From an uncultured Chloroflexia bacterium (GTDB taxonomy: Bacteria; Chloroflexota; Limnocylindria; QHBO01): 64,000 bases of DNA. Each line of letters begins with the position of its first letter. Positions within the stretch are counted from its first letter, which is position 1. The position numbers and the translations under genes were made by a program. Positions 20,765 through 31,197 of the stretch are shown in pieces. The notes below the pieces were generated by a model. That model was not told the DNA's origin. It searched no databases and was given only the letters and a program-made list of their open reading frames with translations. The DNA is taken from positions 160,001-224,000 of the forward strand of contig CAWFCQ010000002.1 of the NCBI GenBank assembly GCA_963814375.1, written 5' to 3'.

Positions 20765-21162
20765 CCGAGCGTCGCGAGGATCGGGACGATGTGGGTCGCG
20801 AAGACGACCCCGTCCGCGTCCCGAGTGAAGGCGGCCGCGATCAGGCCCCACGCCAGCAGCGCCACGATCGGGGCGGCCACCGTCAGCGTCATGCGGACGG
20901 TGAAGAAGCGGGCGAAGAAGTACGCGAAGCACATCCCGATGAGCGCGCCGCCGGCCTGGATCGCCGCCAGCCCGAGCACGAACGCCAGCTCCGGCGAGTC
21001 GGCCACCGGCGTCATCGCCAGCGCAAAGGGCCGCAGTGGAAAGAGCGGATCGCCGAGGGCGAGGCCTGCGAGGAGCATGGCGATCGCTGCCCACACGTAG
21101 CCCCCCGCCAGACCGGCGATGAAGCCGCGGTAGGCAAGCCGCAGGCCGTTGACCTCGGTCAC
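20689..21162 (-). CDS. Hypothetical membrane protein (about 4 TM)
   Basis: Hydrophobic ORF; GTG at 21162 has TACGCT 6 nt upstream. Confidence 0.65.
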   Translation of the reverse strand: MTEVNGLRLAYRGFIAGLAGGYVWAAIAMLLAGLALGDPLFPLRPFALAMTPVADSPELAFVLGLAAIQAGGALIGMCFAYFFARFFTVRMTLTVAAPIVALLAWGLIAAAFTRDADGVVFATHIVPILATLGYGLLLGVGVPVRGEVLRSSASPVT

Positions 21163-21244
21163 GGGTTGAGCGTACGGCGCGGCCGGCCCGATCCCGACCG
21201 AGCCGAAGGTACGGTCAGCCCCCGTACCCGCGGTGCGGGTGGGC

Positions 21245-22510
21245 TCATCCCGCGTAGCGCTGGAAGATCGCCACGGCGTTCTGGCCGCCGAACCCGAACC
21301 CGTTGACCCCCACCACGTCGACGGGCATCCGGCGCGCGGTGTTCGGCACGTAGTCCAGGTCGCACGCCGGGTCCCGGCGCTCCTGGTTGATGGTCGGCGG
21401 GATGAGGCCATCGCGGATCGCAAGCGTGGCCGCCAGCGCTGAGATGGCGCCGGCCGCCCCGAGCGTGTGCCCCACCATGCTCTTGTTGCTCGTCACCGCC
21501 AGCCGCCCGGCGTGCTCGCCGAAGGCGCGATGAATCGCCTTCGTCTCGGTGGCGTCGTTGAGCGGGGTGGACGTCCCATGGGCCACCACGACCTGCACCT
21601 GCTCGGCCTCGAGATGAGCGTCGCGAACCGCGCGCGTGATCGCCTGCGTCGCACCGTCCGCCGACGGGTCGGGCGCCGAGATGTGGAAAGCGTCGCCGGT
21701 CAGCGCCCCGCCCGCGATCTCGGCGATGACGTCCGCGCCGCGGGCCTCCGCGTGCTCCGCGGACTCGACGACGAGGATGCCCGCCGCCTCGCCGAAGACG
21801 AAGCCGTCGCGATCGGCGTCGAACGGGCGTGACGCCGCGGCCGGGTCGTCGTTGCGCTTGGAGAGCGCGCCCATGTTCGCCAGGGCCGCGAAGCTCACCG
21901 GCATGATCGCGCTCTCGGTGCCGCCGGCCACGACGACCTCGACGTCGCCGTGCTCGATGAGGCGCTGCGCCTCGACGAAGGCCTGGACGCCCGCCGCGCA
22001 GGCGGCGACCGAGGTGATCACCGGGCCGCGGATGTCGTTCTGGATGCTGATCTGGCAGGCGGCCATCGACGGCGACATCATCGGCACCATGAATGGGCTG
22101 ACCCGCTTCGCGCCCTTCTGCAACAGGGTGGTCTCGCCGATGGCCACCTCCTGGAGCCCTCCACCGCCGGTGTTCACGACCACGCCGACGTCGTCGCGGT
22201 TGTGCTCGCCGATCTCGAGGCCGGCATCGTCGATCGCCTGGCGCGCGGCCGCCACCGCGAGCTGGGCGAATCGGCTCATCCGCCGAGCCTGCTTGTGATC
22301 CATCCAGTCGCGTGGCTCGAAGCCCTTCACCTCGGCCGCGATCCGGACCTCGTAGTCGGAGGGGTCGAACGACTCGATGCGGGCGACCCCGGAGACCCCG
22401 CCGGTGAGGTTGGACCAGAAGGTGCCGACGTCGTTGCCGATCGGCGTGATCGCCCCGAGCCCGGTGATGACGGCTCGTCGCGCTGGGTCGCGCGGGGGCG
22501 GCGGTCGCAC
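21245..22510 (-). CDS. fabF: Beta-ketoacyl-ACP synthase II
   Basis: VITGLG, VAACAAG (Cys), AHGTSTPLND, GHTLGAAG, NGFGFGGQN. Confidence 0.93.
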   Translation of the reverse strand: MRPPPPRDPARRAVITGLGAITPIGNDVGTFWSNLTGGVSGVARIESFDPSDYEVRIAAEVKGFEPRDWMDHKQARRMSRFAQLAVAAARQAIDDAGLEIGEHNRDDVGVVVNTGGGGLQEVAIGETTLLQKGAKRVSPFMVPMMSPSMAACQISIQNDIRGPVITSVAACAAGVQAFVEAQRLIEHGDVEVVVAGGTESAIMPVSFAALANMGALSKRNDDPAAASRPFDADRDGFVFGEAAGILVVESAEHAEARGADVIAEIAGGALTGDAFHISAPDPSADGATQAITRAVRDAHLEAEQVQVVVAHGTSTPLNDATETKAIHRAFGEHAGRLAVTSNKSMVGHTLGAAGAISALAATLAIRDGLIPPTINQERRDPACDLDYVPNTARRMPVDVVGVNGFGFGGQNAVAIFQRYAG

Positions 22511-22511
22511 C

Positions 22512-23792
22512 CTAGTCCTCGTAGCGGCGCAGGATGACCGTGCTGTTGTGCCCGCCCAAACCCATCGAGTTCGAGAGGGCGACCCGGACATCGGCCGCCC
22601 GTGCCTCGTTCGGGACGTAGTCGAGCGTCAGCTCGGGGTCGGGATGGCGGTAGTTGATCGTCGGTGGCAGACAGCCGGTCATCACCGCCTTGGCGCACAC
22701 GAAGGTCTCGATCGCGCCGGCCGCGCCCATCGCGTGCCCGGTCATCGACTTCGTGCTCGAGACGGCCAGCCGGTCGGCGTGATCGCCGAAGACGTCGCGG
22801 ATGGCCATCGTCTCGAATCGGTCGTTGAGCGGCGTCCCTGTCCCGTGGGCGTTGATGTAATCGACATCGTCCGGGCCCATGCCGGCCCGCGCCAGTGCGG
22901 CGCGCATCGCTCGCTGGTTGCCCTCGCCCCGCTCCGCCGGAGCCGCCATGTCGAAGGCGTCTGCCGAGGAGCCGTAGCCGATCACCTCGACCAGGGGCCG
23001 CGCACCGCGGGCAAGCGCGTGCTGGAGCTCCTCGAGCACCAGGACGGCCGAACCCTCCGAGACGACGAACCCGTTGCGCGTCGCGTCGAACGGGCGGGAG
23101 GCCATCGGGGGGCTGTACGCGCCGGAGTCGGGGTCGATCGGCGTGCCGAGCGCGCGCATCTGGCCGAAGCCGGCGATGGCGAGCGGGACGAGCGGCGCCT
23201 CGGTGCCGGCGCCGAGCATGATGTCGGCCTGGCCACGCACGATGGCCTCCATCGCCTCGCCGACCGCGTGGCCGCCGGTTGCGCACGCGCTGACGACCGC
23301 GAGGTTGTGGCCGCGGATCCCGTACTGGATCGCCACCTGGCCGGACGGCGAGTCCGGAAGCATGTGGGGCAGCATGAATGGCGAGACCCGGCGCGGTCCG
23401 CGCTCCATGAGCGTCACCTGGCCGTCGAGCAGCAGTCCGATGCCGCCGATGCCGGTCCCGAAGACCATCCCGAACCGATCGGCGTCGACGTCTGCGGTGA
23501 CGTGCCCGTCGTCGCCGAGGAGCCCGGCGTCGCCCAGCGCCTCACCGGTTGCCGCGACCGCCAGGTGCGTGCTGCGATCGTGACGCCGGGCGTCCTTGGC
23601 GTCCATGTAGCTCGTCGCGTCGAAGCCCTTCACCTCGCCCGCCACGTCCACGTCGAAGCCGGAGGCGTCGAAGAGCGTGATCGTGTCGATGCCCGAGCGG
23701 CCGGACACGAGCCCATCCCAGGTCGCCTCGGCCCCGATCCCGACCGGGGAGACGATTCCCAGCCCGGTGACGACCGCCCGCCGGTCGGTCAC
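22512..23792 (-). CDS. fabF: Beta-ketoacyl-ACP synthase II paralog
   Basis: VVTGLG, SACATG (Cys), INAHGTGTPLND, GHAMGAAG, NSMGLGGHN. Confidence 0.92.
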   Translation of the reverse strand: MTDRRAVVTGLGIVSPVGIGAEATWDGLVSGRSGIDTITLFDASGFDVDVAGEVKGFDATSYMDAKDARRHDRSTHLAVAATGEALGDAGLLGDDGHVTADVDADRFGMVFGTGIGGIGLLLDGQVTLMERGPRRVSPFMLPHMLPDSPSGQVAIQYGIRGHNLAVVSACATGGHAVGEAMEAIVRGQADIMLGAGTEAPLVPLAIAGFGQMRALGTPIDPDSGAYSPPMASRPFDATRNGFVVSEGSAVLVLEELQHALARGARPLVEVIGYGSSADAFDMAAPAERGEGNQRAMRAALARAGMGPDDVDYINAHGTGTPLNDRFETMAIRDVFGDHADRLAVSSTKSMTGHAMGAAGAIETFVCAKAVMTGCLPPTINYRHPDPELTLDYVPNEARAADVRVALSNSMGLGGHNSTVILRRYED

Positions 23793-24745
23793 GCAGGCGT
23801 CTCGCGGAAGGCTGCCAGCCAGGCGCGCGGGTCGGGCAGGTCGACGGCGTGGGTAACCGCGTCGGGGCTGATGCGGCGAATGAGGCCCGAGAGCACGCGT
23901 CCGGGCCCGACCTCCACGAAGTCGGTGACCCCGGAGGCCGCCATGTGCCTCACGCTGGCCGTCCACTGGACGCCATGCACCAGGTGCTCGGTGAGCTCGC
24001 TTCGCAGGCCATCAGCGGTGCTGATGACCGATGCGTGGACGTTGCCGAGCATCGGCACCTTGGGGTCGCGGAAGGGCACCCTGGTCAGGATGCGCCCGAA
24101 CTCGTCGCGGGCGCGGCGCATGAGGGGTGAGTGGCTGGCCACGCTGACGGTGAGGCGGACCGCCTTGCGCGCGCCGACCGTCTTGCTCATCTCGAGCGCG
24201 AAGGCGAGCGCCGGGACCACTCCCGAGAGGACGATCTGGCCGGGCGCATTCTTGTTCGCCACGGAGATCTCGCCGTGCTCGCGCGCGGCGTCGACGATGT
24301 CGTGCACCTGCTCGTCCGTCAGGCCGACGACGGCCCCCATGCCGCCCTCGATGCCGCGCTCCTGCATGATGCGGCCGCGTTCGCGCACGAGGCGCAGCGC
24401 ATCGGCGTAGTCGATGGCATCCGCGGCGACCGCCGCGGCGTACTGGCCGGCCGAGTGACCGGCGACCGCGCTCGGGAGGATCTCGATGCCCGCCTCACGC
24501 GCCACCTCGCGCATCGCCTCGAGATACGCGACGCTCGTGGCGAGGATCGCGGGCTGGGCGTTGACGGTGAGGTCCAGCTCCTCCGCCGGTCCCTCCAGGA
24601 TCATGCGCGTGAGCGGGATGCCGAGCGCGGCGTCGGCGCGCTCGAAGGCGGCGGCGGCGGCGGGGGATCGCTTGACCAGGTCGGCGCCCATGCCCACGTA
24701 CTGTGAGCCCTGTCCCGGGAAGACGAGGGCGATGCGGCGGGACAT
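23789..24745 (-). CDS. fabD: Malonyl-CoA:ACP transacylase
   Basis: FPGQGSQ, GHSAG, SVASHS, EVGPGRVL. Confidence 0.93.
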   Translation of the reverse strand: MSRRIALVFPGQGSQYVGMGADLVKRSPAAAAAFERADAALGIPLTRMILEGPAEELDLTVNAQPAILATSVAYLEAMREVAREAGIEILPSAVAGHSAGQYAAAVAADAIDYADALRLVRERGRIMQERGIEGGMGAVVGLTDEQVHDIVDAAREHGEISVANKNAPGQIVLSGVVPALAFALEMSKTVGARKAVRLTVSVASHSPLMRRARDEFGRILTRVPFRDPKVPMLGNVHASVISTADGLRSELTEHLVHGVQWTASVRHMAASGVTDFVEVGPGRVLSGLIRRISPDAVTHAVDLPDPRAWLAAFRETPA

Positions 24746-24842
24746 CGGTTCGGTCCCGGGATCGGTCTGATGGGTCATCGTTGGCTGTGCCGTAATTGCG
24801 TGCGCGGAAGTATAGGGCCGTGCTCCGACCCGGGCCAACGCC

Positions 24843-25733
24843 CTATCGGTCGCAGAAGCCGCCGTGGATGGGCTCCACTGCGAACGTCGGAGGGTCGGCT
24901 TCGTTGTCGACATCGATGAGCTCGTGCCATGCCGGATAGACGAAGACGTCGAGGCTGATCTCGAGCTCGTGCGGGTGCGTCGCATAGCGACCTTCTCCCG
25001 GCCCGTCGCGGAACTCCTCCTGCGCGTCCGCAAGCCATTCGCGGTCCCAGGTGCAGGACTGGGCGATCTCCTCCTCGGTCCAGCCTTCGGTGTTCGGCCC
25101 GTCCTCGGCGGCGCTGGCGAGCGTGCAGGCCCCGAGCGCCCATCTACCGATGGAGCGCAGGTTCTCCCTGGGAGCGCGCGCCACGATCTCACGGTCGCCA
25201 TCGGGCTTCAGCTGCTCGGCCGCCGCGGCGGATGCGATCCGCAGAGCGGAGTCGACGTCGGCACCAATCGCGGGCGGCGCCACAGTGGCGAGCTGCCCGA
25301 GATGCGCGATGAGGACCTGGCGCTCGAGCAGCGCGCCGGTCGCCCAGCCGAGCTTGCCGAGCAGCGGCTCCCAGGTGGCGCAGGCGGCCTGATCGTCCGG
25401 GAGACCACTGACATCCGGCAACCGCACGCCGGCGAGCGCCGACTCGAAGGTGGCCATGAGCTCGTCGACCTGCTCCTCCCATTCATCGGGAACCGGGGAC
25501 GGCCCGATCAATGCCGTCCGGACCGCGTCGAGGTCGATCTGGATCGCCGTCCCGGACCGTGACGAGGGAGCGGGGGACCCCTCGGGTGTCGCCGAGGGCA
25601 CAGACGCCGGCGCGCTGGCCGACGGGCTCGCGACGGCCGGCATCGGCGTGCCGCTGCGCGCGCAGCCCGCGACGAGGAGCGCGAAGGCAGCAACGAAGAA
25701 GGCGGCTCGGGCGATGCCGCGTCGCAGAGTCAC
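24843..25733 (-). CDS. Hypothetical lipoprotein
   Basis: Lipobox LVAGC after a basic/hydrophobic N-terminus; GTGA overlap with the M20 gene. Confidence 0.65.
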   Translation of the reverse strand: MTLRRGIARAAFFVAAFALLVAGCARSGTPMPAVASPSASAPASVPSATPEGSPAPSSRSGTAIQIDLDAVRTALIGPSPVPDEWEEQVDELMATFESALAGVRLPDVSGLPDDQAACATWEPLLGKLGWATGALLERQVLIAHLGQLATVAPPAIGADVDSALRIASAAAAEQLKPDGDREIVARAPRENLRSIGRWALGACTLASAAEDGPNTEGWTEEEIAQSCTWDREWLADAQEEFRDGPGEGRYATHPHELEISLDVFVYPAWHELIDVDNEADPPTFAVEPIHGGFCDR

Positions 25734-27130
25734 GGCGTCCGGCAGGCGTACCGCGTGACGACCTCCGCCAGGACGGGCAGGCCGAACGCGAGCGCGCTGA
25801 CCGGCACGCGCTCGTCGTGGCCGTGGAACAGGCTGAGGAAGGGGACATCGGCGTCCAGCTTCAGCGGCGCGAAGCCGTAGCACGGGATCCCCAGGCGCGC
25901 CAGCGCCTTGGCATCGGTCCCGGGCGTGATCATCATCGGCACCGGTGTTGCTTCCGGGTCGGCGCTGCGGAGCGATGCCTCCATGAGCCGCACGATCTCC
26001 GCATCGACAGGCCACTCGATCGCCGGCAGGGTCACCACCGCCTCGACCTCGGCATCCTCGCCGACTACGTCCTGCAGGTGGTCGAGAAGTGCTTCCTGAT
26101 CGGTCCCGGGAAGCGTCCGCACGTCGACTTCCGCCTCACCGGCGCCGGGAATGACGTTGACCTTCTTCCCGGCACGAAGGACATTCGGAGTGACCGTATC
26201 GCGCAGCATGGCGTCGATCGAGCGGCGGAGGACCGGATCGGCGACCCGGTCGGAGAGCACGGCCGCCGCAGCGTCCGGGTCGGTGGTGGCCAGCTCGGCG
26301 ACCTCGTCGAGCCCGACCCCGCGCAGGAAGTCCGCGACGAGCAGCGTCACGCGCGCGGGGCGCGCGGCCTGGTCGACGGCCAGCGCCGTCACGGCGCGCG
26401 CCAGCCGAACCGCGGCGTTGGCCGGATGGGGCATCGAGCCGTGGCCGGGCGTCCCGCTCGAGCGGAGCCGGGTCCACGCGATGCCCTTCTCGGCCACCTG
26501 GATCGTGTAGAAGCGCCGGTCGCCGAGGGTCATCGAATAGCCGCCGACCTCGTTGATGGCCGCCGCCGCCGGCCGGCCCTCGGCATCGCGGAAGAGCTCC
26601 GGCCGTTCGACGACCAGCCCACCTGCGCCATGCGATCCACCGGCCTCTTCGTCGGCGACGGCGGCGAAGATGACATCGCGCTCGAGCTCCGCGCCGGAGC
26701 GCTTCAGCGCGAGCATCACCGCCAGCTCCATCGCCACCATGTCCTTCATATCGACCGCGCCGCGGCCCCAGATCACGCCGTCGAGCAGCTCGCCGCCGAA
26801 TGGGTCGCGTGACCATGCCTCGGCATCGACCGGCACGACGTCGAGGTGGCTGAGGAGCACGAGCGGCGGCTCGGTGCTGCCTGACGCCGCCAGGCGCGCG
26901 AAGCACGAACCGCGTCCGGGGACGAGCTCGATCACGTCCGCGGCGATGCCGGCGCCTGCCAGCACCTCGGCGCAGTAGCGGGCGGCCGCCGTCTCGCCGC
27001 CACGCGGGTCGAGGCCGGCCGCGACGTCAGGCCCGCCGTCGGGCGGATTGACCGATGGGATGCGGATGAGGCCGCGCAGATGCTCGATGCAGCCGTCGAG
27101 GTCGAGGTGCGGACCGAGGTCGACGCTCAT
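25730..27130 (-). CDS. M20/M25/M40 family metallohydrolase
   Basis: SHLDVVP, GRGAVDMK, ADEEAGG, HGS, GTDAK, HGHDER. Confidence 0.92.
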   Translation of the reverse strand: MSVDLGPHLDLDGCIEHLRGLIRIPSVNPPDGGPDVAAGLDPRGGETAAARYCAEVLAGAGIAADVIELVPGRGSCFARLAASGSTEPPLVLLSHLDVVPVDAEAWSRDPFGGELLDGVIWGRGAVDMKDMVAMELAVMLALKRSGAELERDVIFAAVADEEAGGSHGAGGLVVERPELFRDAEGRPAAAAINEVGGYSMTLGDRRFYTIQVAEKGIAWTRLRSSGTPGHGSMPHPANAAVRLARAVTALAVDQAARPARVTLLVADFLRGVGLDEVAELATTDPDAAAAVLSDRVADPVLRRSIDAMLRDTVTPNVLRAGKKVNVIPGAGEAEVDVRTLPGTDQEALLDHLQDVVGEDAEVEAVVTLPAIEWPVDAEIVRLMEASLRSADPEATPVPMMITPGTDAKALARLGIPCYGFAPLKLDADVPFLSLFHGHDERVPVSALAFGLPVLAEVVTRYACRTP

Positions 27131-28329
27131 GCGGTGGAGCGTAGCGTCCGGGGCCGGAACAGCACCATCGCCGCCGACGCGACGAGCGGCGCGATGACGC
27201 CAACCAGCATGCCGGCCACGACGTCAACACGGTCCCACAGCTCGGCCGCGGCGAGCGCGCCGACCACGATCCCGAGCGAGGACAGCGCGTTGATGACGCC
27301 GAACGTTCGGCCCAGCCGGCGTTCGCCGGCGGTGTCCGCCAGCAGCGCATACCAGGCCGCCGAAAAGGCCGTCAGGCCGCCGCCGGCCACGACGGCGAGC
27401 CCGTAGATGGCCGCCTGCGGCAGCCCCATGACCAGCCCGAGACCGAACGCAGCGATCGCCGGCGGGGCGGCGATGGCGATCGTGCGCCGCCCGATCCGGT
27501 CGGCCATGTGCGCGAGCGCGGGACCGAGGAGGATGCTGCCAAGGCCGAAGAAGGAGAAGGCGATGCCGACCTCGACGATCGACCATCCCAGGTTGGTGGT
27601 GGCCAGGGGCGCGTAAGTCGTGATGAAGCCGCCGTAAGCGGCCAGCAGAGCGAGGTTGGCCGCCAGCAGGGCCGCCAGCGACCCGACGGCCACCGGCTCG
27701 GACTCGCCGATCTCGGCCTCGGCCGCTTCAGCCCGCCGGCGGGGAGAGGGGAGGAAGAGCGTGCCGATGAGGGCCAGCGTGCTGGTCACCGCCACGATGA
27801 CGAACGGAGCGCGAAGGCCGCCGATCGCGGCGGCGAAGCCTCCGACCGCCGGACCGGCGACGGAGCCGGCCGACTGAGCGGCCGAGATGACGCCGTTGGC
27901 GAAGGCGCGGCGCGCCGGCTGCGCGACCTGTGCCAGGTAGATGCGTTCGGTCACGATCATCGTTCCCCCGCCGAACCCGGCGGCGGTGCGCCACACCAGC
28001 AGCCAGGCGGCGGTCGCCGCGGTGGCGATGAGCGCGTTCATCGCCGCATACAGCCCGAGGCCCGCCGTCATGAGGCGTCGTGCGCCCCATCGCTCGGAGA
28101 GGAATCCTCCACCCAGCTGACCGGCGGCATTCGTGATCGCAAACGCGCTGGTCACCAGCCCGAGCATGAACGGCGGCGCGCCGAGCTCGCTGGCATAGAG
28201 GGGCAGAAGCGGGAGCATGACAGAGATCCCGACCTGGCTGATGAACCCGATGAGGGCCAGCAGCCCGAGGGCCGGATCGATGGCCCCGACGAGACGCGAG
28301 GCGGGTGAGCTCGCCGGGCGATCCGACAC
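27127..28329 (-). CDS. MFS transporter
   Basis: About 12 TMs; GFLSERWGARR and ADRIGRR loop motifs. Confidence 0.9.
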   Translation of the reverse strand: MSDRPASSPASRLVGAIDPALGLLALIGFISQVGISVMLPLLPLYASELGAPPFMLGLVTSAFAITNAAGQLGGGFLSERWGARRLMTAGLGLYAAMNALIATAATAAWLLVWRTAAGFGGGTMIVTERIYLAQVAQPARRAFANGVISAAQSAGSVAGPAVGGFAAAIGGLRAPFVIVAVTSTLALIGTLFLPSPRRRAEAAEAEIGESEPVAVGSLAALLAANLALLAAYGGFITTYAPLATTNLGWSIVEVGIAFSFFGLGSILLGPALAHMADRIGRRTIAIAAPPAIAAFGLGLVMGLPQAAIYGLAVVAGGGLTAFSAAWYALLADTAGERRLGRTFGVINALSSLGIVVGALAAAELWDRVDVVAGMLVGVIAPLVASAAMVLFRPRTLRSTA

Positions 28330-28354
28330 GCGCCGAATGGTAGCGTGCGGCCGC

Positions 28355-29287
28355 TCAGGCCTCGGGCACGGCGGCGCCGACGGAGCGGCGCTGGGCCCTG
28401 CTCGAGAGGTGGCGCCGCTCGGTGAGGACGGCCAGCGGCAGCTCCGCCGCGAACAGCACGAGCGCCACGGCCAGGATCACCGGCTCCCTCGTCGCCAGCC
28501 CCATCGCCACCAGCGCGACGAGGAAGACGAGGTGAATGGTGAGGCGCGTGAAGAAGGCGGCGCGCAGGTCGAGGATCGCGAACGCCGCCCCGTCGGGCCG
28601 GCCGCGATCCGGGCCGAAGACGCCCCAGCCGGCCACGGCGAGGAAAACGACGAAGGTGAGCCCGAAGAGGCCGAGGCCGCCCCCGGGCGACGGATCGGTG
28701 AACGGCTGGACGATCGCGAACGGCACGATGCTGACGAGAAGGATGAAGAACGCGGGGATCGGCACCGCCAGCTGAAGCCACTCGAGGCTCGTCCGCCGCT
28801 GGCACGCGTCGCGGAGCCAGCGCGTGAGGATGCTGAACGCGAAGGTCACGAACAGCCATGAGTAGAAGTTCCCGGCCGGCACCCCGAACCAGCCGTCGGT
28901 CAGGCCGACCTCGCGCCACGTCCACAGACCCATGCGGATGGCGACGGCATCGAACGCCAGGTCGAGCATAAGCGCCAGCACGCTGTCGACGAACGGCGCG
29001 TACCGGCGACGGACGCCCAGGGCGTCGGTGATGCGCATGGCGCCGGCGATGATCAGCGCCCAGGTGAGACCGATGACGACCGGCGCGCGATCGATGCTGA
29101 GGATGAAGTCCGGCGAGTACTGGTAGGTCTCGAAGATCAGCTGATCGCCTTCCTCGAGGAGGAGCCCGAAGGCAGCGGCGCTCACCAGCTCGAGGAACGG
29201 CAGCCGGCCCCGGCGCAGTGCCAGCCAGGCGGCGATCACGAAGAAGGTGACGGCGCCCAGCTCGATCACGACGTACATCGGATTCAT
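28355..29287 (-). CDS. Carotenoid biosynthesis (CruF/DUF422-like) membrane protein
   Basis: DLAFDAVA...LWTW...WFGVPAGNFYSW motif. Confidence 0.7.
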   Translation of the reverse strand: MNPMYVVIELGAVTFFVIAAWLALRRGRLPFLELVSAAAFGLLLEEGDQLIFETYQYSPDFILSIDRAPVVIGLTWALIIAGAMRITDALGVRRRYAPFVDSVLALMLDLAFDAVAIRMGLWTWREVGLTDGWFGVPAGNFYSWLFVTFAFSILTRWLRDACQRRTSLEWLQLAVPIPAFFILLVSIVPFAIVQPFTDPSPGGGLGLFGLTFVVFLAVAGWGVFGPDRGRPDGAAFAILDLRAAFFTRLTIHLVFLVALVAMGLATREPVILAVALVLFAAELPLAVLTERRHLSSRAQRRSVGAAVPEA

Positions 29288-29369
29288 GCGCGCTGATAGT
29301 AGCAAGTTTCGGAGATCGATCAAGGCCGGCGGGTCGGGGCCCGGGCCTTCCGGTCGTAGAATGCCGCCC

Positions 29370-30818
29370 ATGACGACCGAGGTCCGCGCCCCCACCGTGC
29401 CGATCTATCTCGCCGGCGAGATGGTCGAGACCGGCGCCCCCCTCGAGGTCATCGATCCGGCCACTGGCGAGCCGGTCGCGGTCACCTTCCAGGCGGGCAC
29501 CGCCGAGCTCGAGCGGGCGACCGCCGCCGCGGTCGATGCCTTCCAGCACACCAGGCGCCTGCCGAGCTACGCGCGCCGCGACGCACTGGCCCACGTCGCG
29601 TCATGCATCGAGCGCGACGCCGACGAGCTGACGGTCCTGCTCTCGCGCGAGTCGGGCAAGCCGGTGAAGGACGCACGAGGGGAGGTGCTGCGCGGCGCGC
29701 TCACCTTCCGCACCGCCGCGGAGGAGGCGCTGCGCATCAACGGGGAGTGGCTGCCGCTCGACTGGGCGCCGGCCAACACGGGCCGCCACGGGATCGTGCG
29801 GCGGTACCCGATCGGCCCGGTCGCGGGGATCAGCCCATTCAACTTCCCGCTGAACCTGGCGGCTCACAAGGTGGCCCCGGCGATCGCCGCCGGCTGCAGC
29901 ATCGTCCTCAAGCCGCCGTCGAAGGATCCGCTCGTCATGCTGCGCGTGGCGGCGTACCTCGGCGAGACCGACCTCCCGGCCGGGGCGGTGAGCATCCTGC
30001 CGATGGATCGGCCAACCGGCGACCGGATGGTGTCCGACGATCGATTCAAGCTCCTCAGCTTCACCGGATCGCCATCGGTTGGCTGGAAGATGAAGGCGGA
30101 CGCCGGCAAGAAGAAGGTCGTCCTCGAGCTCGGCGGCAACGCGGGCGCCATCGTCGACGAGTCGGCCGACCTCGACTGGGCGGTCGAGCGCCTCGTGTAC
30201 GGCGCATTCGCCTATGCCGGCCAGGTGTGCATCAGCGTCCAGCGCATCTACGTCGTCCGGGCGGTCTTCGACGAGTTCGCTCGTCGCTTCGTCGAGCGCA
30301 CGGGGACGGTGATCGTCGGCGATCCGCTCGATCCGCAGACCGACCTCGGGCCGATGGTCGACGAGAAGGCGGTGCAGCGGACCCACCAGTGGGTGAGCGA
30401 GGCGATCGACAGCGGCGCGCGCGCTCTCGTCGCGGGCGAGCCCGACGGACGCTGGTACGGGCCAACCGTCCTCGTCGACGTGCCGCGCGAGGCCATGATC
30501 TGCTCGGAGGAGGCCTTCGCGCCGGTCGTCAACCTCTTCCCCGTCGACTCGTTCGCCGATGCCATCGGCGCCATCAACGACAGCCGTTTCGGCCTCCAGT
30601 GCGGCGTCTTCACCGGCTCGCTCGACCACGCTCTCCTTGCGCACGACGAGCTCGAGGTCGGCGGCGTCATCGTCAACGACATCCCGACCTGGCGCACCGA
30701 CGCCATGCCGTACGGTGGGGTCAAGGACTCGGGGCTCGGCCGCGAGGGGCTGCGCTGGAGCATCGAGGACATGACCGAGCCGCGCCTGCTCGCCTTCGCC
30801 CGTCCGCCGGGCCGGTGA
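29370..30818 (+). CDS. Aldehyde dehydrogenase family protein
   Basis: ISPFNFP, FTGS, LELGGN, GQVC, EEAFAP, PYGGVKDSG. Confidence 0.95.
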   Translation: MTTEVRAPTVPIYLAGEMVETGAPLEVIDPATGEPVAVTFQAGTAELERATAAAVDAFQHTRRLPSYARRDALAHVASCIERDADELTVLLSRESGKPVKDARGEVLRGALTFRTAAEEALRINGEWLPLDWAPANTGRHGIVRRYPIGPVAGISPFNFPLNLAAHKVAPAIAAGCSIVLKPPSKDPLVMLRVAAYLGETDLPAGAVSILPMDRPTGDRMVSDDRFKLLSFTGSPSVGWKMKADAGKKKVVLELGGNAGAIVDESADLDWAVERLVYGAFAYAGQVCISVQRIYVVRAVFDEFARRFVERTGTVIVGDPLDPQTDLGPMVDEKAVQRTHQWVSEAIDSGARALVAGEPDGRWYGPTVLVDVPREAMICSEEAFAPVVNLFPVDSFADAIGAINDSRFGLQCGVFTGSLDHALLAHDELEVGGVIVNDIPTWRTDAMPYGGVKDSGLGREGLRWSIEDMTEPRLLAFARPPGR

Positions 30819-30828
30819 GTCGAGGCCG

Positions 30829-31188
30829 ATGACGACGACGACGGTCCGCTTCGCGCGCATCCTGCCCGCCTCCGAGCTGCGCGACGGCGAGCTGCTGCCG
30901 GTCGAGATCGACGGCACGCCGGTCGTCCTCGTCCGCCATGCCGGTGAGTTCTTCGCCGTGCAGAACAACTGCAGCCACAAGGACTTTCCGCTCTCGGAGG
31001 CCGGCTTCGACCCGCGTGACGGCGTGCTCGTCTGCGCATGGCACGGCGGCTGCTTCGACGTCCGGACCGGCGACGCCGTCGTCCCACCGGCGACGGAGCC
31101 GGTCGAGACGTTCCCGGTGCGCGTGAACGATGGCTGGGTCGAGATCGGCCTCACCGGCAGCCTCGTGCCCGAGCGCGGAGCGGCCTGA
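30829..31188 (+). CDS. Rieske [2Fe-2S] ferredoxin
   Basis: CSH...CAWH Rieske ligands. Confidence 0.92.
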   Translation: MTTTTVRFARILPASELRDGELLPVEIDGTPVVLVRHAGEFFAVQNNCSHKDFPLSEAGFDPRDGVLVCAWHGGCFDVRTGDAVVPPATEPVETFPVRVNDGWVEIGLTGSLVPERGAA

Positions 31189-31197
31189 CGACCACCG

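Noticed and set aside
21245-23792. Tandem ketosynthases as type II PKS KS/CLF
   Set aside because: Both keep Cys-His-His and look like FabF; no ACP, cyclase or tailoring genes nearby.
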